The notes under the pieces are model-generated. The model worked only from the letters and a program-made list of their open reading frames with translations, was not told where the DNA came from and ran no database searches. This document shows, in pieces, positions 37,133 to 41,097 of a stretch of 41,097 nucleotides of DNA. Numbering within the stretch: position 1 is the first letter of the stretch; each line of letters opens with the position of its first letter. The position numbers were made by a program, and so were the translations under genes. Source of the stretch: Candidatus Aminicenantes bacterium (GTDB lineage Bacteria > Acidobacteriota > Aminicenantia > Aminicenantales > Aminicenantaceae); contig JASFEP010000003.1 in the NCBI GenBank assembly GCA_050124775.1, positions 1 through 41,097 of the forward strand, given 5' to 3'.

Positions 37133-37252
37133 GGGTTCTCTCCTCTATAATATGCGCGTGAGACACAACCTGACTTTTCGATCTCGACTCACGCGAACTG
37201 CCCAGTATAGATAATTATTAAAGGCAGCGCAACTCTTAATTTCCCATCGTGG

Positions 37253-37478
37253 GCATTTCCGAAACCGTGAAGGCAAGTACGCGTTATGCGTTATTGAGTG
37301 GTCCAATTGTGTGGTGGAGAAAACCGTGAGAAGAGCTTGACGGGCATGGTGCATCTCCTTTAGGAGATGTGAGGAAAGCTCGAATCCGAGCGAAGTTTCC
37401 TCGGTGGGGAAACTGAGCGTGTTTTCGCACCACCAATTGGGGCACACGGACATTCATTCGTCACGGTTTTGGAAATGC
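37253..37478. repeat. 226-nt fold-back element with 18-bp terminal inverted repeats (MITE-like or structured RNA)
   Basis: GCATTTCCGAAACCGTGA (37253-37270) / TCACGGTTTTGGAAATGC (37461-37478), 1 mismatch; nested inner stem and internal hairpins. Confidence 0.65.
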
Positions 37479-38381
37479 TTACTTTCCCATCTTTTTCCAG
37501 GCTTCGATGAACTCGACGGCACTCGTGACCATGGCGTTGACTGTTTTTTCACCGCGTTCCCGTGTGGCTCTTTTGGGATCACCCGTGGACCAAATCCCGT
37601 TGCTCGAGAGCTCATGGCTGGCGCCCCCTTTTTTGGTTGCTTCGGGCACACCCTGGACCGTGCTCAAAAGGGCATAGAGATCGGGATTTTTCTGGCCCCC
37701 ATCGATAATCTCTTGAATTTTCTGGGACGCTTTGAACTCAGGCTTCTCGGCCAGTTCCATCTTGACCAGCTCGGGTTTGAGGTAGAGCATGATCGACGTT
37801 TCATTGATCCCCGCATGTGTGTCGTAAACGCCTGGGATATCGTCTGAATATCTCTGGAACGAAGCCCCTGCGCCGATGGCCACCGCACAGGCCCCGGTCG
37901 TGTGGTTTATCCTGTGAATGACCTTGCTTTCCACGATGTGATTCCCGCCGTGATAGTTGAAGAACATAAAACGGCGGAACCCGTATTTCATCAGCATTTC
38001 GGCCGTCTCGAAAAGCACCTGCTCCATAGTCTCCGGCTTCAAGCTCAGCGACCCGGCAAATCCGGAATGGTAGACACTGTATCCAGAGAGCAACACGGGA
38101 GCGACCACAACCCCGGTCTTAGCCGAGATCATCTTCGACATGCCAACAGCCTCATAAAAATCGGTGCCCAGAGGCATGTGGGGACCGTGTTGTTCCGTAC
38201 TCCCGAGAGGAATGATCACCATATCGCTGGTCTTCAAATATTCGGCAACATCCGTCCAGCTCATCTCCTGGAGGACAAGCGCTTTTCCCTCCTGCTGTGC
38301 AAACACCAAACATCCCAGTAAGAGAACGAAGACCGCCCCAGAAAAAAGCCGAACGCTTGTGAGGATTGTGTTTTTGATCAT
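37479..38381 (-). CDS. Creatininase-family amidohydrolase with signal peptide
   Basis: EMSWTDV, PLGSTEQHGPHMPLGTD, NYHGGN, HAGINETS and GDP motifs; signal peptide ending VFA. Confidence 0.9.
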   Translation of the reverse strand: MIKNTILTSVRLFSGAVFVLLLGCLVFAQQEGKALVLQEMSWTDVAEYLKTSDMVIIPLGSTEQHGPHMPLGTDFYEAVGMSKMISAKTGVVVAPVLLSGYSVYHSGFAGSLSLKPETMEQVLFETAEMLMKYGFRRFMFFNYHGGNHIVESKVIHRINHTTGACAVAIGAGASFQRYSDDIPGVYDTHAGINETSIMLYLKPELVKMELAEKPEFKASQKIQEIIDGGQKNPDLYALLSTVQGVPEATKKGGASHELSSNGIWSTGDPKRATRERGEKTVNAMVTSAVEFIEAWKKMGK

Positions 38382-38487
38382 ATTGTCCCTCCTTCCTCTA
38401 TTGTTTGACTCCTGAAAAAATCATTCTAATCCTTTACCCCTCCCATTTCAATAAAAGAAGGTGTGTGTTATAAAAAGGAAACGGAAA

Positions 38488-39897
38488 ATGGGATCGCCAA
38501 AGAACACAAAGAAACTGCGTCTGTTCGACATCGTTCTCTTCAATGTGTGCGGCATTCTGAGCGTGGATACGATCGCTGCGGGCGCCAGTATGGGCGTTCA
38601 GGGAATGACGTGGCGCATCCTGGGCATTCTATTCTTCTTCCTTCCTTATGGTCTTGCAACAGCTGAGCTGGGCTCGAGCTGGCCGAAAGCCGGTGGGATC
38701 TACGTTTGGACTCGGCAGGCGTTCGGCGATTTTTGGGGAACGATGGTCTCCTGGCTCTACTGGATTAATGTCGTCTACTGGATGTCTTCCATGTTCGTCA
38801 CGTTTGCGGCCGTTTTCTTATCCACATTTTTTCCAGGCCTCTCCCAAAGCGCGACGACCGCAATGCAGACTTTGATCGGAATTGCCTTGGTCTGGACTAT
38901 CGTTTTTCTGGGCCGAAAAAACATCACAGCGAGCGATTTCGTCACGAATACGGGAGCACTCATCAAAACTTTGCTCTTTCTGCTTCTGGGGTTTTTCGGA
39001 ATCCTCTATGCTTTGAGATTCAAGTTGGCGAACAGCTTCACTCCCCCGGAATGGGCGATCACTTGGGACTCGACATTGGCATTTATGCCGGTCGTCGTGT
39101 ACAACTTTTTGGGATTCGAACTGGTTAGCAGTTTTTCCGACAAACTGGACAATCCCCGAAAAAACATTCCCAAAGCCATATTTCTGGCAGGGATACTGAT
39201 CGCCTTTCTCTACATCCTATCGGCCTTCGGGATGCTGGCTATATTCAGAGCCGACGAAATCAACATCGTCACGGGTATCAGCGATGCCTTCCGCGCACTC
39301 GTTTTGAGGACCATGGGTCAGGAATTCGTCGGGCTTTACTATTTTCTTATCATCGTCTTCCTGCTGAGCCTTTACACCTTTGTGTTCGCCTGGGCTTACG
39401 GTGCCAACTGCGTTATCGCAGAAACGGGACTGGACAAAAAAGTCAAGATCCTGGGCCACAAGCACCCGAAGCACGAGTCCCCCGATTACGCCTTCGTGAT
39501 CATGGGTATTATCGCGACCGTGCTGATTGTCGGGAATTCGATCGGCATGCCCAATATCCAGCAGATCTTCTGGACGATATTCGCTCTCTCCTCAGTTATA
39601 TTCCTCCTCCCATATTGTGTGATGTTCCCAGCGGTCCTGAGACTCAGAAGGCTTTACCCGGATAGAGACAGGCCTTACATCATTCCCTTCGGCAAAATCG
39701 GCCTGTGGGCAACGGTTATATGCGGTGAATTTTTCGTTCTGATCGCTATTTTATTCTTTTTTGTCCCGCCTAAAAATACGGCGAATGTTCTCAGGTACGA
39801 ACTTTCCCTTTGTTTCGGAGTTTTTATTACTCTTGCCCTTGGTTCTTTCATTTACTTCAAGACAAAAAAGAGCTCTTCCCAAAACACGCTGCCTTAA
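38488..39897 (+). CDS. APC-family amino acid/polyamine permease (GadC/AguD-like)
   Basis: ~12 TM; FFLPYGLATAELG, GGIYVW..AFG, FLGFEL, NPRKNIPKAI and RPY motifs; start revised to ATG 38488. Confidence 0.9.
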   Translation: MGSPKNTKKLRLFDIVLFNVCGILSVDTIAAGASMGVQGMTWRILGILFFFLPYGLATAELGSSWPKAGGIYVWTRQAFGDFWGTMVSWLYWINVVYWMSSMFVTFAAVFLSTFFPGLSQSATTAMQTLIGIALVWTIVFLGRKNITASDFVTNTGALIKTLLFLLLGFFGILYALRFKLANSFTPPEWAITWDSTLAFMPVVVYNFLGFELVSSFSDKLDNPRKNIPKAIFLAGILIAFLYILSAFGMLAIFRADEINIVTGISDAFRALVLRTMGQEFVGLYYFLIIVFLLSLYTFVFAWAYGANCVIAETGLDKKVKILGHKHPKHESPDYAFVIMGIIATVLIVGNSIGMPNIQQIFWTIFALSSVIFLLPYCVMFPAVLRLRRLYPDRDRPYIIPFGKIGLWATVICGEFFVLIAILFFFVPPKNTANVLRYELSLCFGVFITLALGSFIYFKTKKSSSQNTLP

Positions 39898-39974
39898 TAA
39901 TCCCCGCTAAAGATCGCTCTCCACTCGGAGAGGCACGGATTAGGCAAATCTAAGGCTCATGAAAGAATTGAAGA

Positions 39975-41096
39975 TTATTTGGAGGGATCGTTGTTCTTGC
40001 TGTTTTCTTGTACGAGAGCTTGCCCCTGACGGGCATATTCCTCTGATTTGGCAAGCTGTCCGAGCCTGTTATAGAGGTCCGCAAGGAGAAAGTATCCCAG
40101 TGGGAGGTCCTTTTTGGCCGGCTTCAGCTCGATTCCTTTTTCGACGAGTGAAACGGCCTCATCATACCGTTCCCCGCGATTCATGTAGATCCGCGCCAAG
40201 TAGAAATAGCTCATCGGAAAGAGGGGATTGAGCTCCATCGTCTTGTTCAGGTATTTTTCCTCTTCAAAAACATCTCCCTGCTTTCTGTAAACCCGAGAAA
40301 GGTTGAAGCATGCTTTGAAGTTGTGGGGGATGTTTTCCAGTTCCTGTTTATACGCGTCTGCAGCCTTGGCCAGATCTCCTTTTTCCTCATGGAGGAGCGC
40401 CCAATGGTAATGGAGATTCCTGAGTGTAGGATTGAACTCCTGGGCTTTACTAAGATACGTTTCTGCCTCATCGAATCGTTTAAGAGCCACATAGGTGCCT
40501 GCTAGACCACTGTAGCCCGATGCGGAGGAAGGATTGAGTTTTATGCATTCCTCATAGTATTTAATGGCTCCCTCATAATCCTCTTTAAGGTTCTTTATGT
40601 TTCCAAAGACATAATAGAGCTGAGAATCGGGTGGTATGGAATCGACGATGCTTGTCAGGAATTTGTCCGCTTCCTCAATATCTCCCTTTCCCATGTAGGC
40701 GTTGGCGATGTTGATGACAGTGAAGGAGTCCTGTCTCTTATCGAACACCTTTAAAAAACTGTCCAGGGCATTATCAAACTCGCGCTTTTTAAAGTACAAA
40801 TTTCCCAGAGTAAAGTACGCATCGATGACATCCGGATCTTCTTCAATAATCTGATTTATTAAAGCCACCGCTTCATCATACTTCTCCTCCAGCATGAGCT
40901 CTTTCGACTGAGAGAGCCGGTTAAAGATCGTGATCTTTTCCCGTGGATTACCCAGGACCCTTCCTTCAAGCTGGGTCTGATTGGAAAAGGTCCCGATGTA
41001 TCCGAGAGCGGCCAGCTTTTGACGTGTCTCTTCGTCGATGTGGTGGTAATCGATATCAAAGGCACCCCGTGTAGAATTTTCGATGAATTCCTCGGC
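39975..41096 (-). CDS. 3' part of a probable sulfatase-TPR protein (truncated by the window edge)
   Basis: Frame open to the edge; upstream of M40895 it reads ...IDEETRQKLAALGYIG...NPREKI, typical of the end of sulfatase-like domains, followed by multiple TPRs. Confidence 0.8.
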   Translation of the reverse strand, partial: AEEFIENSTRGAFDIDYHHIDEETRQKLAALGYIGTFSNQTQLEGRVLGNPREKITIFNRLSQSKELMLEEKYDEAVALINQIIEEDPDVIDAYFTLGNLYFKKREFDNALDSFLKVFDKRQDSFTVINIANAYMGKGDIEEADKFLTSIVDSIPPDSQLYYVFGNIKNLKEDYEGAIKYYEECIKLNPSSASGYSGLAGTYVALKRFDEAETYLSKAQEFNPTLRNLHYHWALLHEEKGDLAKAADAYKQELENIPHNFKACFNLSRVYRKQGDVFEEEKYLNKTMELNPLFPMSYFYLARIYMNRGERYDEAVSLVEKGIELKPAKKDLPLGYFLLADLYNRLGQLAKSEEYARQGQALVQENSKNNDPSK

Positions 41097-41097
41097 T

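Noticed and set aside
37371-37402. GAGGAAAG resembling the RNase P RNA P4 motif
   Set aside because: Continues CTC rather than TCC, the 3' AGAA..CGGCTTA motif is absent and the region is too short

Overview
Bacterial chromosomal DNA from a diderm organism. The gene set (Oar-like TonB receptor, Tat-exported DUF362 paralogs, many secreted peptidases, sulfatase-TPR, several sigma54 promoters) suggests Ca. Aminicenantes/Acidobacteriota, which is inference only. Layout: (1) 1-2950 is a visibly AT-richer accessory segment with an HXXEE membrane protein, an origin-like palindrome/hairpin region, a small HTH replication-initiator-like gene and two orphans. (2) 3.1-8.1 kb holds an M14 peptidase, a PTS-IIA/Zn-ribbon fusion, a PfkB kinase and a Tat-DUF362. 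(3) 8.3-17.7 kb holds a DUF6305-like / DctM-like permease / 49-aa microprotein / AstE-like deacylase unit. It converges on a pgsB-pgsC-pgsW poly-gamma-glutamate operon, which is preceded by an M28 peptidase fused to a dead M19 domain. (4) 17.9-23.6 kb holds DUF5916, a Tat class-V PLP enzyme, a second Tat-DUF362 and DUF89. (5) 23.7-35.3 kb is an apparent self-contained sigma54 regulon: orphan SBP, histidine kinase, NtrC-type activator, REC / small protein / Fis genes, TonB receptor and transglutaminase-like protein. Four -24/-12 promoters each have a GTAAA-N5-TTTAC-like enhancer upstream, and a ~215-nt structured RNA ends in a terminator abutting the TonB receptor RBS. (6) 35.3-41.1 kb holds an M19 dipeptidase, a ferritin-like protein, a 226-nt fold-back element, a secreted creatininase-like enzyme, an APC permease and a truncated sulfatase-TPR gene. 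I saw no rRNA, tRNA, CRISPR array, integrase or transposase. All family calls come from motif recognition by eye; no searches were run.
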